DNA of 64,000 nt from NCBI GenBank assembly GCA_951406725.2, contig OX597815.1, positions 50,406,001-50,470,000 on the forward strand. Direction: 5' to 3'. Below are positions 38,551 to 52,730 of the stretch, piece after piece (the stretch's first letter is position 1; each line of letters starts with the position of its first letter). The DNA comes from Octopus vulgaris (taxonomy: Eukaryota). A program made the translations under genes and the position numbers. Below the pieces are notes generated by a model. It was given only the letters and a program-made list of their open reading frames with translations, did not search any database and was not told the DNA's origin.

Positions 38551-39555
38551 ATAAAAAACAACAACAGTAACAATATCAAGATGAAGACAACATCACTAAC
38601 AACAGCAATTCTTCAAATGGAAAAGGTTATAGTTAAACAGATTGCTTTGATATTCATCCAAGATACCTTTAGGGAAATATTTAATTTAAAAGTGAGTAAA
38701 ATTTAACTTCTGATGAACTTTGTATTATTTTCTCTCTTCTTTCTCTTTTCCTCTTTTCTCTGTCTCTCCATTATTGTTTAAATGAAGAAATTTTAGATAA
38801 AAATGAAAAAAAATATTGAATTATTATAAAACTGCACCCACGTTGTCAACTAATTGGCATCTCTAGTCTGTTGTGATACATGAATATGTATAGGAAAGAT
38901 TTAAATAAAGTAGTAATTCCACCACCCTCCTTCTCTCTCTTTCTCTCTCTCCCTCTCTCTTTCACACGCAAATAAACACATGGGAGTCGGTAGATGTGTG
39001 TACACTTGTACAATTGTAGATTTGACAGGTGATTGAAAACCACATAAACACAAAACAGAAAACAAGGAACATTAATGGATAGTATTTACATAGCAGAACA
39101 GTATTCTAAAAAGCAATAAAGTGTTGGTTTGAATTTAGTAACAATAGTGAATAGTTTACTGTAGTATAGAAACTAGATATTTTAAATAGAATGACTAAAC
39201 TACCAGCTAAACTAACATCCAAATTTTAACAATGAATTCACAAAAACAAATGAAATTTTTCAGAACTCTTCATTTTTATGCTTCTTAGTGACCAGTCTAC
39301 AGGAAATTACACCAGTTTCTTGTATAGTGTTGCACTCTTCCAAGTTTATTTAAACTTTGAAACATACTCAACATATTTGAAGCCAAAGGTTTCAAAACTG
39401 TTGTGAAATAGAGAATTATATGAAATATAAAGAAACAAAAATGGAATTTCAAATGCAATTATTTTTCCTTCAGTCTAATACTCCTAAGTTAGTATATAAT
39501 ACTGGTTATTAAAATATTACTTATGAACTTAACCTCATTATCCTGGGCTGACCTT

Positions 39556-40078
39556 AAGGTGAAGAGCTGGCAGAAATGTTAGCATGCCATGCGAAATAAT
39601 TAGTGGTATTTTATCTTGCCCAAGGTATCACACTGCAGGACTGAACTCAAACCATGTGGTTAGGAAGCAAACTTCTTACCACACAGCCACGCCTGTTTGT
39701 TGGATCCTTTTTATTAATATTCTTACGTTTACAATGTGAGTTGTTTCTAGCATTACAGAGACTCATCAGGCACCTTTTGATTTTGATGAGTGGGAGTCAG
39801 CATTGGTTTCTGGGTTTAATGTTGAGCATGAGATGATTGGTTTTGCATTATTATTTATGACTAAGGTGGTGAGCTGGCAGAAACATTAGCACACCGGGCG
39901 AAATGCTTAGTGGTATTTCTTCTGTCTTTACATTCTGAGTTCAAATTCTGCCGAGGTCGACTTTGCCTTTTATCCTTTTGAGGTCAATAAATTAGGTACC
40001 AGTTGTGTGCTGGAGTCGATCTAATAGACTGGCCCTCTCCCCAAAATTTCAGGCTTTGTGCCTAGAGTAGAAAAGATT
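39556..40078 (+). mobile_element. Composite SINE B: head, captured copy of about 20659-20907, then full SINE B, all inside one TSD
   Basis: TSD ctgggctg(a/t)cctt at 39543-39555 and 40079-40091. Confidence 0.8.
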
Positions 40079-40174
40079 CTGGGCTGTCCTTCATTCTTGC
40101 TAAGTAGAGAGTGTTAGTGGATTCATAGTGTGTGAGTGGTGGTGGTAGTGGGGGGGGTCACTTACTTTGGTATT

Positions 40175-40550
40175 TTTTTTACTTGTTTAACCACTAGACT
40201 GTGGCCATACTGGGACACCAGCTTGAAGAACTTTTAGTCAATTGAATTGACCTCAATACTTATTAGTTTCTTTAAGCTTGGTATTTATTTTATCAGTCTC
40301 TTTGCTGAACCACAAAGTTATGGGGATATAAACACATCATGCCAGTTATCAGGTAGTGGTAGGGAACAGACACTGACACAAAGACACATACACATGCATA
40401 CATGTGTGTGTGTGTGTGTAACAGGCCTCTACTAAATCCACTTACAAGGCTTTGATTGGTCCAAGACTATAGTAGAAGACACTTGCCCAAGGTGCCACAA
40501 AGTAGAACTGAACCCGAAACTATGTGATTGGGAAGTAAGCATCTTACTTC
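40175..40550 (-). mobile_element. SINE family A
   Basis: Family motifs. Confidence 0.8.
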
Positions 40551-40917
40551 AGTTTTCTTCATAGGTATTCTAATTAGGTCTTGACAAGGCTTAGATATTG
40601 GTGTCTAATTTTTTGGAGATTCTGTAGCATGTAATAACAGTATAGAAGAAGAAAAGGAAAAGATATTATGAAGTATAATTAATTCAGATAAGAGTCACAG
40701 AAATTAAGATTTAAAATGAGAACTTCACCCATCACTTTTCATAACAACATACAGAATAGCACTTTTAAATAGCAAAAATAAAATAAAAATCTATAATCGA
40801 ACATTTATTTTCTGTAAATCTATATCTGTTCATCACTGATTCATTCATTACTGATTTGTGAAATCACAGTACACTGATTATAAACCATGTTACACATATC
40901 AAGAATTAATTTGTGAA

Positions 40918-41095
40918 AGGCACTGGCATCATTGTGTGGTAAGAAGCTTGCTTCTCAACCACATATAGTTCCAAGTTCAGTCCTACTGACACAGAGCCTT
41001 GGGCAAGTGTCTTCTACTATAGCCTCATGCAGACCAAAGATTTGTAAGTGGATTTGGTTGACAGAAAAGGAAAGAAGCCCATCATATATATATAT
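40918..41095 (+). mobile_element. SINE family A 5' half
   Basis: Head and ccttgggcaagtgtcttctac core, ending at (TA)n. Confidence 0.8.
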
Positions 41096-41204
41096 ATATA
41101 TACAATTTTAAAATAGGATAAAATCTTTATAAGAAATTATCAAGTAGTTAGCATGAAAAACCTCATAAGGCAAAAATTTATTAATTATTTCCCTTAAATA
41201 TATT

Positions 41205-41357
41205 TATTTATATTAAGGGCATTACTATATATAAATGCCTCATGCTAGGAAGGACTCTTAAAGTCAAAACTACCATAATAAACACATTGTAGTTTTGACT
41301 TTAAGAGTCCCTCCTAGCATGAGGCATTTATGTATAGTAATGCCCTTAATATAAATA
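41205..41357. repeat. 69 bp-arm inverted repeat with 2 mismatches and a 15 nt loop
   Basis: ..catgctaggaaggactcttaaagtcaaaactac / gtagttttgactttaagagtccctcctagcatg.. Confidence 0.95.
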
Positions 41358-41363
41358 TATATA

Positions 41364-41447
<84 letters not shown>

Positions 41448-41644
41448 TGCTAGCATGGAGAACAGACGTTAAACGATGATGATAATGATGATGATATATA
41501 TATGATAAACAAAGCTGAATGTATCTCAATAATTTCAACCTGAGTTATTTTCCACTGAAAAGGTGAAATGTAGAATTAGGAGTGTCCCTAGTTTTTATTC
41601 ATGTATTATATTACCAAGAAGGCTACATGGATATATTTTAAGTT

Positions 41645-42030
41645 ATTATCTTTTACCTTTCTTTTTTACCTGTTTCAGGCATCAGACTGTCGCCATGCTT
41701 CAACACTACCTTGAAGAACTTTTAGTTGAATGAATCAACCCAGTTGATTAATAAGTGCCGAGTACCATTTTTTAATTTTTTGCTTAAGCCTGGTACTTAT
41801 GTATATTCTCTTTTTGCTGAACTACAAAGTAAACCAGTTGTCAAGCAATGGTGGAGGACAAACACACACACTCACACACACATACATATATACCAAATCT
41901 GCTCACAAGGCTTTGGTCAGCCTGAGGCTATTGTAGAAGATACTTGCCCAAAGTGTCACACAGTGGGGCTGAACCCAAAACCATGTGATTGGGAAGTAAG
42001 CTTCTTACTACACAATTGCACTCGTGCCTA
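41645..42030 (-). mobile_element. SINE family A
   Basis: Family motifs. Confidence 0.8.
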
Positions 42031-44029
42031 TTTGATAAATTTGTGCCAAAAGATTAACTTGGTTCCCCCAATATGAAATGTTATGTGAATTCTAAAGATA
42101 GAAATTCTCTATCATACAACTTGTTTATCATGACTACAAGTACTGCCAGTGTAGATGCAAAATTTAGTTAGACATCAATATGAAAAACAAATAAAATTTA
42201 AGCAAACAAAAATTCAAAATGTTTTGGTTAATTACAGCTTCACATCATCAAATAATAGAAAATTAACTTAGGAAGATGCGGCATAAATTTCAGAACTAAC
42301 ATGGGTGAGATATGAGTACTTAATTTTTCATTGTAATATAAAATAAATTATTAAAAATGAGAAAAAGAGAATTGGTATAAATCACTTAGTGTCATAAAAA
42401 TTCAAAATGGGAAAGGAGACTGAAATTTATCTTTTTAGATATTCTTGTATCTTATGGGGTATACCTTTTGATTGCATTCACATAATTGCATTTAATATGA
42501 CAAACAGTGTATCTACATTTATTTTTACCTCCATATAGACAATGTATGTGTGTACATCATGCATGCATAAATATATATACATACGCATATGCACACATGT
42601 ATATATATGTATACATGTGTGTTTACATATATATATACATATGTATGTGTATGTGTGTGTGTGTGTGTGCGTGTATGTATTTATATGAGATATAATATGT
42701 GTGTGCAATTGTTTATACAAACATCCACATATACATATACATATGTATATAATATATGCATATAATATACACACAACACACACATATATGTATATAAATG
42801 TGTGTGTGTGCAAATGTGAATGTGCAGGTCTACATGCATGTGTGTGTGTGCATGTGTGTGTGCATGTGTGCATATTGTACGGAAGAAAAATATTTTATTA
42901 TTCATAAGAAATGGTAAAATAAGATTTGGCATATTTTGTAACTTGTGACAAACTTTATCAAGACTAATGGTCATAATATTGAAATACATGACAAGAATAA
43001 AGTATTCTTGAAAAGCCACATTTCAAACAATTAAAAAACTGCAACAAATTTCATAAAAATCTTCGATAATTTTTCAAAATATTTTTATGTCTTTTTGTTA
43101 ATTAAGAGCAAAAAAATAATTTCTTTCAACATATCAAAAAGAAAAAAAATAGATGAAATACAGTGGTAGCATTAACAATTTAATATAGATTTCAATTTTT
43201 TTCTTTTGTTTTTAAATTCTAACTTTGTCCATATTAACTTTTAACTAATTATTAAGAATAGTTTTTTTTTTTTTAAATCGAAGAATTTATTGTAAATTTG
43301 AAACACTTCTACCTGACTACATGACCTGAATGTTTGAAGTTTTGTTTTGGTTCTTAGAGTGTGTTTGATTGCATAATGTCTGTAGAGAGGAGAAAAAAAG
43401 AGATTAAGAGTAAGAAAGAAAGAGAGAGAGAAAGAGGAGGCAATGTGAGTTGAAGAAGAGGGATTGAAGCAGAGACAGAAGTAGAGAGCGATTTAGAACA
43501 AAAAAAGAGAGATAAGCAGAAAGTGAGATAGAAATAGAGAGAGAAATAATCAGACTGAAAAAGATTAAGAAAGAGAGAGATGAAGTGATAAGAGAAATTA
43601 AGTTAAATGTGTATGCTGTTCTTTCTTTCTCTTTTTTCTTTCAATTTCTTTGACTTCATTTATCATTTTTCAACCACTCTCAGTAATTTCTCTTCTAGAA
43701 CAACAGTTTTTATGCATGCAGTGATAGGTGGTGCAGTGAATAACATGCAAACTAACATTATGTTATTTGAGGTTAAGGCCTTCAAACTTCTATGACCATA
43801 AACTTCTGCTGCTGATAATGATAATGATCAATATTAATGATATTAAAATAAAATGAATTACAGTATGGTAAGTTGATAAGGAATCAATCTACAAGCAAAA
43901 TGGCAGTTGGTTCATAGTCTATCACATGTACTATGCTGCCCCTATAACAAAGAAACTCATCTGATTCAGTCTGTCCAGTTGTTATTATGTATTAAGTAGA
44001 AGGGCAGCAGATTGGTAGAAGCAGTAAGA

Positions 44030-44415
44030 CAGTGAGCTGGCAGAAACTCTAGCATGCCAGTATTTCATCTGCTGTTCCGTTTTTGAGTTCAAATTCCACT
44101 GAGGTCGACTTTGCCTTTCATCCTTTTGGGGTCGATAAATTAAGTACCAGTTACGCACTGGGGTCAATATAATCAACTTAATCCGTCTGTCTGTCCTTGT
44201 TTGTCTCCTCTGTGTTTAGCCCCTTGTGGGTTGTAAAGAAATAGGTATTTCATCTGCCGTTACATTCTGAGTTCAAATTCCACTGAGGTCGACTTTGTCT
44301 TTCATCCTATCGGGGTTGATAAATTAAGTAGCAGTTACACACTTGGGTTGATGTAATCGACTTAATCTCTTTGTCTGTCCTTGTTTGTTCCCTCTTGTGG
44401 GCAATAAAGAAATAA
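44030..44415 (+). mobile_element. SINE family B tandem dimer
   Basis: gtatttcatctgc..gaggtcgactttg..aaagaaata occurs twice. Confidence 0.88.
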
Positions 44416-45833
44416 GAAACAGTAAAGCACCAGAAAAAGACTGTATGCTATTTAGTTCAATTCTCTGAACTTTATGAGTTCAAACCTTGCCAAATTCATC
44501 TTGCCTTTTGAAGGTCAGTAAACATAAGTACTTGCCAGCAAAAAAAGAAATATTCCTGGAATTGTCAATAGAATTGATTCTGACCAACCATGATTTACAG
44601 GTTCAAGACCTTTTTTCATATCTTATAAATATTTACAAGATGAACATGAAATTATCAACAGTATTTCTATTCAACCATGGGCTGAAGCAGAGTCTTATAT
44701 CTTCACTAACTGTTTCTATAAATCCAAAAATGATAATATTCTGTTTCCAGCAAAGATATTCCCAAACCCTCTTTTAAGCTATGTCTGATGAAACTGGGTT
44801 TATTTTTATCTCAGGTGAAATGTTATATGAAAACTTTATAATAATCTGACTGTTTCCAGTTACTGTTGATCACTTTTCCAATATTTGGGATTGGTACAGT
44901 TTTAGCTCAAAAATGCTGAAATCAATAAGCACCCTTAATGAGCAATGCAAATAATATAGATTGTTTCAAACTATGTTATTTGATTTCTGCTTCAACAACA
45001 GGTATCACCATTGTTCCTACTTCAAGTAAGAAGGTGTGATGCAACAAAAAAAAGAAGAAAAAAGAACAGAAATTTATTCCATGTTAATATATTCAGTAAA
45101 ATTCCTTATTTGCTTCAACAAAAATGTTCTGTTTTCTTGTCTGGTATGGCTTCAACTTAATAGCTTTTCCTCAATGACATGGTTTCAGTGGTTATTCATA
45201 GATTAAAATATAATAGATTTTACTTCAGCTTATAAGTCTATGAGTTAGGAATTTCTATTTGACTCTATAATATGAAGAAGAAGACAAAAAGAAAGCATTC
45301 ATTTATTATTTTACCATTCTAGAATAGCTGACTAAAGGAAAAGGAAAAAAGAAAGAAAATTTTAAAACTAAAGATTGCCTTTTTACAAATAATAATTATT
45401 AGGATAATCCTAAAACTTGTTAATACCTAACGATCTGATCAAATGAAATGTACTTTTAATATATTTTAAAAATGTATTACTATATGTTATCCAAGAATAG
45501 TGATTATCATGCTCTAATTGTAAGTGTTTAAAGAACATTAATATCTTAATCTTTATAATATCTTGCTATGACTTTTTTTATATAGAGAGAGAAAGAGAGG
45601 AAAAGAAAAGAAAGAGAAAAAAAACCTTATTGATTTATGTTCATCGTCAAAAACTTAATCTCATACACAAATATTTATTGAATAATAAATAAACAATAGA
45701 AACTAAAAATACACTCTCTGAAATATTTCAGAAATATTTTCAGATGTGTCAAAATGTAACACAAGCTTAAGCTTCAGATGAGGGTGGTGAGTGTATGTGT
45801 TTGCATATATGGCTGTGTATGTGTGGGTGTGGG

Positions 45834-45876
<43 letters not shown>

Positions 45877-47149
45877 GCTGCTTCATTTCAGTAATTGTAT
45901 TTTGATACTAAATACATAATATCCAGGCTACCCATCATTAAATAATTATGACCAACAATGTTCATTGGTCTGCTTGCCTCGATAAATGTTTGTCTCCAAA
46001 AATAACACAAAATGAAGCTATTATACTTGGGAGTTCAATCAATCATGCAACACATGAAAGGCAACATTCTATTACATTCTCTTCATCCATTTTTGTCACA
46101 TGAGATTCATACATATTTTGATCACTTTTATTTTCTTTTGCTTCATGATGACGCTAAATTAAGCTGCTTCCTAGAAAATGTTTTCAAATTTCAATTGATA
46201 TTTTTATAGAAGAATGAAACACAGCCTTCTTGACCTTCCTGAAATATTTTACTCTGACACAAGACCATGACATTTATAAGGAAAAGATATAGTTGATCAA
46301 AACCCACCTTCTTTATATGGATTGGTATTAGTTTTATCAAGACGGAAACCTTATCATGATGTGTTATCATCATCATCATTTAAAGTCCGTTGTTCATGCT
46401 AGCACGGGTTAGGCGATTTGACAGGGCTGGCACATACTGGAAGGCTGCACCAGACTCCAGCTGGAAAAATAATAATCAAATTTCTTTTAATGTGCACTCT
46501 GTCAGGAAAGGATGTAGATGATATAGTCTAAGATGTATCATTGTAAAACGGTATAGTCATGGTTGGAACGACATTGATCAGGGGTGATCTGGTGTGGTGA
46601 GAAGACAACCTAAACAGCAACAACAACCTTAAAGTGGTAATAACAATCAAAGTAGTATATAGTGGTGAAATAGATACATGTTTTATAGACCTGGGAACGA
46701 TGAAAGAAGTATTCAATTCTGACAAGGTTGTACAGAAAGAATAGAATGAAATTTAACTAAATACAAGTTTCTATTGAACAATGCTTTTAATTTGATTAAA
46801 AACTTTGGTGACAAACGTTTTGACAAATTACATTATGAAACTAAATAAAACACTGAAAATTTTCTTCCATAATATTGTCAAATAATTAAAACTTTTGAAA
46901 AAAATTAATTCTACATGCTAAATTACTTTGCAAATATGAATATCCATGCATTTTTTTTTGTTTTGTTTTTTTGTTATGAAACATATCTTAAAGTCCACCT
47001 GTCCACACTGGTTAACTGAAGAAGGTTGGACAGTATTATTTGACCCATAACTGGGGAAAGTGTTGATGGTATACTGAGATGTATCCCACATATCTATTGG
47101 TCATGTAACATTATCTATGTTTTTGCAGCTTCCTTTTTGTGATCCTTTA

Positions 47150-47330
47150 CATACACGATAAATAAGAGAATGGAGAAAGGTAAATGATATCTTTTCCACT
47201 GTAAAAGAGAAAAAAATGACATGGGCATGGCACATTAGGATGACAGACAACCATCACACAAAAATCATCATGGAATGGAACCATGGTAGGAAAGAGGAAT
47301 GGAACCATGGTAGGAAAGAGGAAAAAAAGA
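47150..47330 (+). mobile_element. RTE LINE 3' remnant
   Basis: IREWRKVNDIFSTVKEKK..TWAWHIRMTDNHHTKIIMEW, plus a 24 bp tandem duplication. Confidence 0.6.
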
Positions 47331-47366
47331 AAAACCATAGAAAAGCTGGAATAAAATCAATAATTA

Positions 47367-48756
47367 CACGGGGAAACATGGTTTATGTTATCTGATGTTG
47401 AAGAAATGTTTCCTAGTAATTTTAGGGTGGTAATTTCAAAAATGAAATCCATTTTGATCTATCAAGTCAATATTTTTCAAAAACTCAAATGTCCATCTTT
47501 CACTATTTCCAGTATAGTCACTGTTTCTAAAGAGGTGAAACATATTTTATCAAACTTTAGCAATTTATGAAAATTGGCATTTTGAATGCACTCTTAATGT
47601 TTTGTGAAGTCACATGAGTTAAGGTCATTTTTTTTATTTAGCATGGTCAAAGAACTGTAGGAAGACCTTCATGGTATATATGCTCCTTATGGAACTTTGC
47701 CATCACAAACCTGCATTTACTTACTCTATAACTGTTGATAGTTCTGAAAATGTTTTTCTTGGGTGATAACTGGCTTGAATATATTGTCTTGTACCTCAGA
47801 AATATGGTTAGTTGTGAGGAAACAAAATGCAAAAATAGCCCCAGTGACTTCTGCTATATTTGTGAATGTTACACTTTACCTCAGCAGTGAAACAAAATCA
47901 CAGATATTGTTAAGAAAGCTTACTTTACTTACATTGGCATGAAACTGGGTGACCAAAACAATGCCTAGGCACTCTGTATAGTTTGTGAAATATGTTAAAA
48001 CACTGAGACAACCGTTGTTTCAAATACTAAAGCAGAAAGTTTCCAGCTTTGTTTTGTGAGAAAATTAAGGCTTGTGTTTGATGAGCCACAGATTAGGTAG
48101 TTATTGCAGGATAAGCACTTTCTGGAGACCATATCTGGCATGGAAAAAGACGTTTGGAATACTTTTGCTGCAGTTATGTCTGATTTCCTGGGAAACAGGA
48201 AACCATGAAATTATGGAAAACTTGTGCAAACCCTGCTAACCAGTTTTCAAGTATTAGGTTGCAAAATTAATGTAAAAGTGTATTTTTTGAAAATCATAGT
48301 GTAATAAGTGATGAGCAAGGAGAAAGATTCCACCAAGACATCAATACCATGGAGACTAGGTATCAAGTTAGATGGGACACAAACATGGTGGCTGACTACT
48401 GCTGATTTCTGCAAAGTGACTGTCATGATGCAAGTTATTCAAGCAAAGCACTCCTTGTGTAGCAGCAACTCCAGTTTGATAGAAATATCTATCTTAAGAT
48501 GTGTAATTAAACATTTTGTGTAATACATTTGTTAAACGATGGAAAGTACTGTTTGGTTTGTGTTTGTTTCTTATTTCAGTGTTGCAATTAATGGCAAAAT
48601 TGGCCTGTTTTGGTAAAAAAAATGAATTCCTGTTTAACAAAAAAAACTTGATGTGATGGAAGAAAAGTGGCTGTAGTTTTGAAATCAACCAATTTTAGTT
48701 TAGCTTAAATGAAAAAAACAAACTCAACAGAAATTATGTCGAAACTTATTCCTATG
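47367..48756 (+). mobile_element. Second, older internally deleted Chapaev3-type transposon
   Basis: tta|cacggggaaac left end, degenerate right end and subterminal tgatg..tttgaaatca motif. CKNSPSDFCYICEC..YIGMKLGDQ from 47804, then FLGNRK..SDEQGERFHQDINTMETRYQVRWDTNMVADYC to about 48405. Confidence 0.82.
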
Positions 48757-48849
48757 CTATTAAAGCACCATCAACTGATATCAGATCAACAATGGTTAAC
48801 AATAACAGTGAAAAGGCAGAATTAAATGTCTGAACATTTCTAATATTTT

Positions 48850-49277
48850 TCATCTTTCATCTTTTACTTGTCTCAGTCATTAGAAACTGTGGCTATCCTG
48901 GGGCACCATCTTGAAGAACTTTTAGTTGAATGAATTCACCCTAAAACTTGTATTTTAGAGCTTGGTACTTATTCTATTGGTGTTTTTTGCTGAACCACTA
49001 AATTATGGGGACGTAAGCACACCAACACTAGTTGTGAAGGGGTGGTGGGGACAAACACAGACGCACAACAGTGAACGCACACACACACACACTCATACAT
49101 ACATACATACATACGATGGATTCTTTCAGTTTCCATCAACCAAATCCACTCACAAGACTTTTGTTTTCCTAAGGCTATCATAGAAAACACTTGCCCAAGG
49201 TGCCACCTAGTGGAAACTGAACTCAGACTATGTGGTTGGGAAGCAAACTTCTTACTACACAGCCAAGCCTGCACCTA
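48850..49277 (-). mobile_element. SINE family A
   Basis: Family motifs. Confidence 0.85.
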
Positions 49278-49561
49278 AATAAATTTCTATTTCGTTTCTA
49301 GAGTCTAACATAAAGAATTTTTCTGAACACAGAGAGTGACCTTTTCTTTTTTCATACAGCCATTTCCTTTATTTGGAGAGAATTATACAACTAAAATTAA
49401 AATAAATCAGAAACAATAAAAAAAGACATTAAATAATGGTCATGTTTGGGAGAATCCATCAAGTCAGATATATAAATCATTTAATGTCTATCTTACCATG
49501 TTAGACATGAGTTGGTAATTTAAGCAATGTAAGCATAAGTGTGAACTTTATTAGTGCACAA

Positions 49562-49791
49562 CCCTTTCATTACCTACCATATCTCTGTTGAGATATTCTG
49601 TGTTTTTAATTTCAATTAATTTTCAATGTAACAAAGAATTTAGTAAAATAACTTTGTTTATTTTTGAGCTAGTGTTAAGAACATAAATCAAAACCAAGTT
49701 TCGATGGAAGATTTTAAATCAGAACTTTTGAAAACAAGACTTTTGTACTACAGAGCCAGGGGCAGTCTCGGGTGGGTTGGCATCAAAAGGG
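49562..49791 (+). mobile_element. piggyBac-like MITE
   Basis: Termini ccctttcattacc and ggcatcaaaaggg followed by TTAA. The left TTAA is not intact. Confidence 0.6.
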
Positions 49792-52109
49792 TTAAACTAA
49801 AAGTGTAACTAATGTTTACTCTACATAATTGTTAAATTAAGAAAAGAAATATGACTTGCCTTTCTTTTTTTATATTAGTCAAAATAAGAACAGTACACAT
49901 GTTCTTTGCAGGCCCTGCCAGATTATTTAGGTTCACATAGATAAGGAGATAATGCAGTGTATAAAATGATTTTTTGAACTCTTAAAATATAATTTGGTAT
50001 TTAAATACTCTTATTAAGCTGCTATTTCATGAAATCTTCTTCAAAAGATTAAAAAAATTATCTTAAATATAGGGATAAGCAATAGAAACATCAAAAATTT
50101 TTAGAAAAATTATACTGTTCTAAAAATTGCATTTTTACTGAGAAGAACTGGCAATTATAAGCCAATTTTGCTTGTTATGTTTACAGCCAATGTTTTTAAT
50201 GATTATAATAATGGTTATTTTCTGAAAAACGAAACAAGTAATTTTCATCACTTCATGGAATAGTTAACACATTTCAGTAGATCTAGCAAGTATTTCTTCT
50301 CACACATTAGACCTTGGTTATCATTGTAAGATACAAGAACAGGAGCATATAAGTAAATGTTATTATTGTAAGCTTCGTTTAATCTTGCAACACAGAATTT
50401 TTAAAATAATTATTCCAGCCTTCATTGAGCCATACAACCATCAGCACTGTTACCAATGATCTGTAAGACTTTCTTCTTTTACCATCTCAATTAACTAATT
50501 TTGGCATCTTCATACAAACATCAGTGAAGATTAAGATTGGACTCTTACTTGCAGAAAACTGAACTCCCAAACCAGTGAGAGAAAATGCAAATGGATGTGA
50601 AAATATTTAAAAAAGAATTACAATGAGTTTGTGAATCACTGATTATGTTAAACTAGTCAAACACAAACAAATTTTTCTTCTTACTATGAAGCCATATTGA
50701 TATTTCATGTAAAATTGAAAATGACACATTTGCAGCTTGGGAAACAACTGAATTAATTGTTTGTTCTGTAGCCTATATCTCTGCGGAATTATATCAACAT
50801 TGACAATAAATTATTCATTAAGTGATTACAACAAAACAAGATAAAAAAAACCCAGTAGAGTGTGCAATGAAATCAATAGAAAATATTGATACATACATTA
50901 TAAACACTTCCATAGATTTGCCAGATGTTTAAATATCTTTTACTTATAAAATGATATTTTCTCTATATCATCTTTGATGCAACTATGACAATGGGTTGTG
51001 TCTGATTTCTTTTCCAAGTGGTTATGTATTGTAAATTCAATTCAATAGATTTAATCATGCTATTAATTTGATTCAGTAAATGCTACATATGTTTAAAATA
51101 AGCATAATTTAGTATAATATAACTTTTCATTATAAAAGAGAAGAATTATTTAAAAAAAAGACAATGAGGGGATTTTACAGTCAAAATAAAGGAAAATGCT
51201 GAAAATATCAATATAAATTATTGAAAAGATTAATAAGATTTTTATAATTGAAAAAATTCAAATCAATGAGCTAAGACTAACAACCTATGTCTTGAAGAAT
51301 CTCTGTTCTCGTTGCCTTACTCTGCCAAGGAAATTAATTAAAAAATATGGTGGAAGGACACTGCTAAATATCGATTGGTGACAATGGTGTAGTAACAGAA
51401 TACTAACAACAACAAAAATGAACTTCTGACAGGCTTGCTTGTAAAAATCACCCGTTAACTTAAATGATGAAGAGAAGCTTTAGGTTAAAAATATATGAAC
51501 TAAAGTCATTTCAGCACTGGCAATTGTATTCTGAAATTGGGTGTATTTTTAGAGGTAGTGATTTATTTATTTATTTATTGCATTGCATTAGTCTGTCAAT
51601 TAAGAGATTTGAAAAAGAAATACTCAAAACAATTTGAATTCTGGCTGGAAAATAGCAGTCTGCTTACAGAATAATGTAATTGTTGTAAATGCATGGGTAG
51701 GATTATTGCAAAGTCATTTTGAAGTTAATAACAATATTAACAGATATCTTAACATTAATAGACTTACTTGGAGGAATATTTTCAATATAAATATCATTAT
51801 AAAGTGATTATGTTATCGTTGATTAGTACCAGATCAGTGCTGACTGAACAATAGACCTATGGTTATGGACATTCCAGCTACAACCACCCATCCATTTTTC
51901 AAACAGTGTATATCCTTTTTTATCCATTTTTTCCCTATAAGTCTGTATGGGGGTAATTTGAGGGAAAATTGCCTGCTATTTTTAACAGATCAAGCACCCA
52001 TTTAGAGATTGTTTTAGTGACTCAAAGAGATTATATTGTAAATACTATACTTTCTTTATAAGTTGTAATAATTCAGATAAAGTTAATTAATTCATGCAAC
52101 TAAGTATGC

Positions 52110-52730
52110 AGATACAAGAATGGCTGTGTGGCTAAGACACATTTATTAATGTGCAGCTCATCTATTAACATGCAAGTGGCTGAGCACTCCACAGACATGT
52201 GTACCCTTAACGTAGCTCTTGAGGAGATTCAGCATGACACAGAGTGTGACAAGGCTGGCCCTTTGAAATATAGATACAACAGAAACAGGAAGAAAGAATG
52301 AGAGAAAGTTGTGGTGAAAGAGTACAGCAGGGTTCACCACCACCTCCTGGAGCCTCGTGAAGCTTTAGGTGTTTTTGCTTAATAAACATTCTGGGAATCA
52401 AAACCACAATCCTACGACTGCGAGTCTGCTGCCCTAACCACTGGGCCATTGCGCCTCCACACACATATATATATATATATATACACACACATATGAGTGC
52501 TTGTGTGAGTGTCTTGAGTATGTGTGTGTGTCTTTGTGTTTATAGTTATCCCCACCCTCACCCTTTGACAACAGATGTTGATTTGTTTAAGCTCTTATAA
52601 CTTAGTAGTTCAGCCAAAAGACTGATAAAATAAGTACCAGGGTCAATTTGTTCAATTAAACCCTTTGAGGTGGTGCCCCAGTATGGCTTCAGTTCAATAA
52701 CTAAAGCAAGTAAATAATAAAAGACATAAA
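52110..52730 (+). mobile_element. SINE family A remnant with a nested antisense family D SINE (52165-52460)
   Basis: Minus-strand head gtggaggcgcaatggcccagtggttagggcagcagactcgcagtc (tRNA-like). Family A tail at 52560-52730. Confidence 0.75.
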
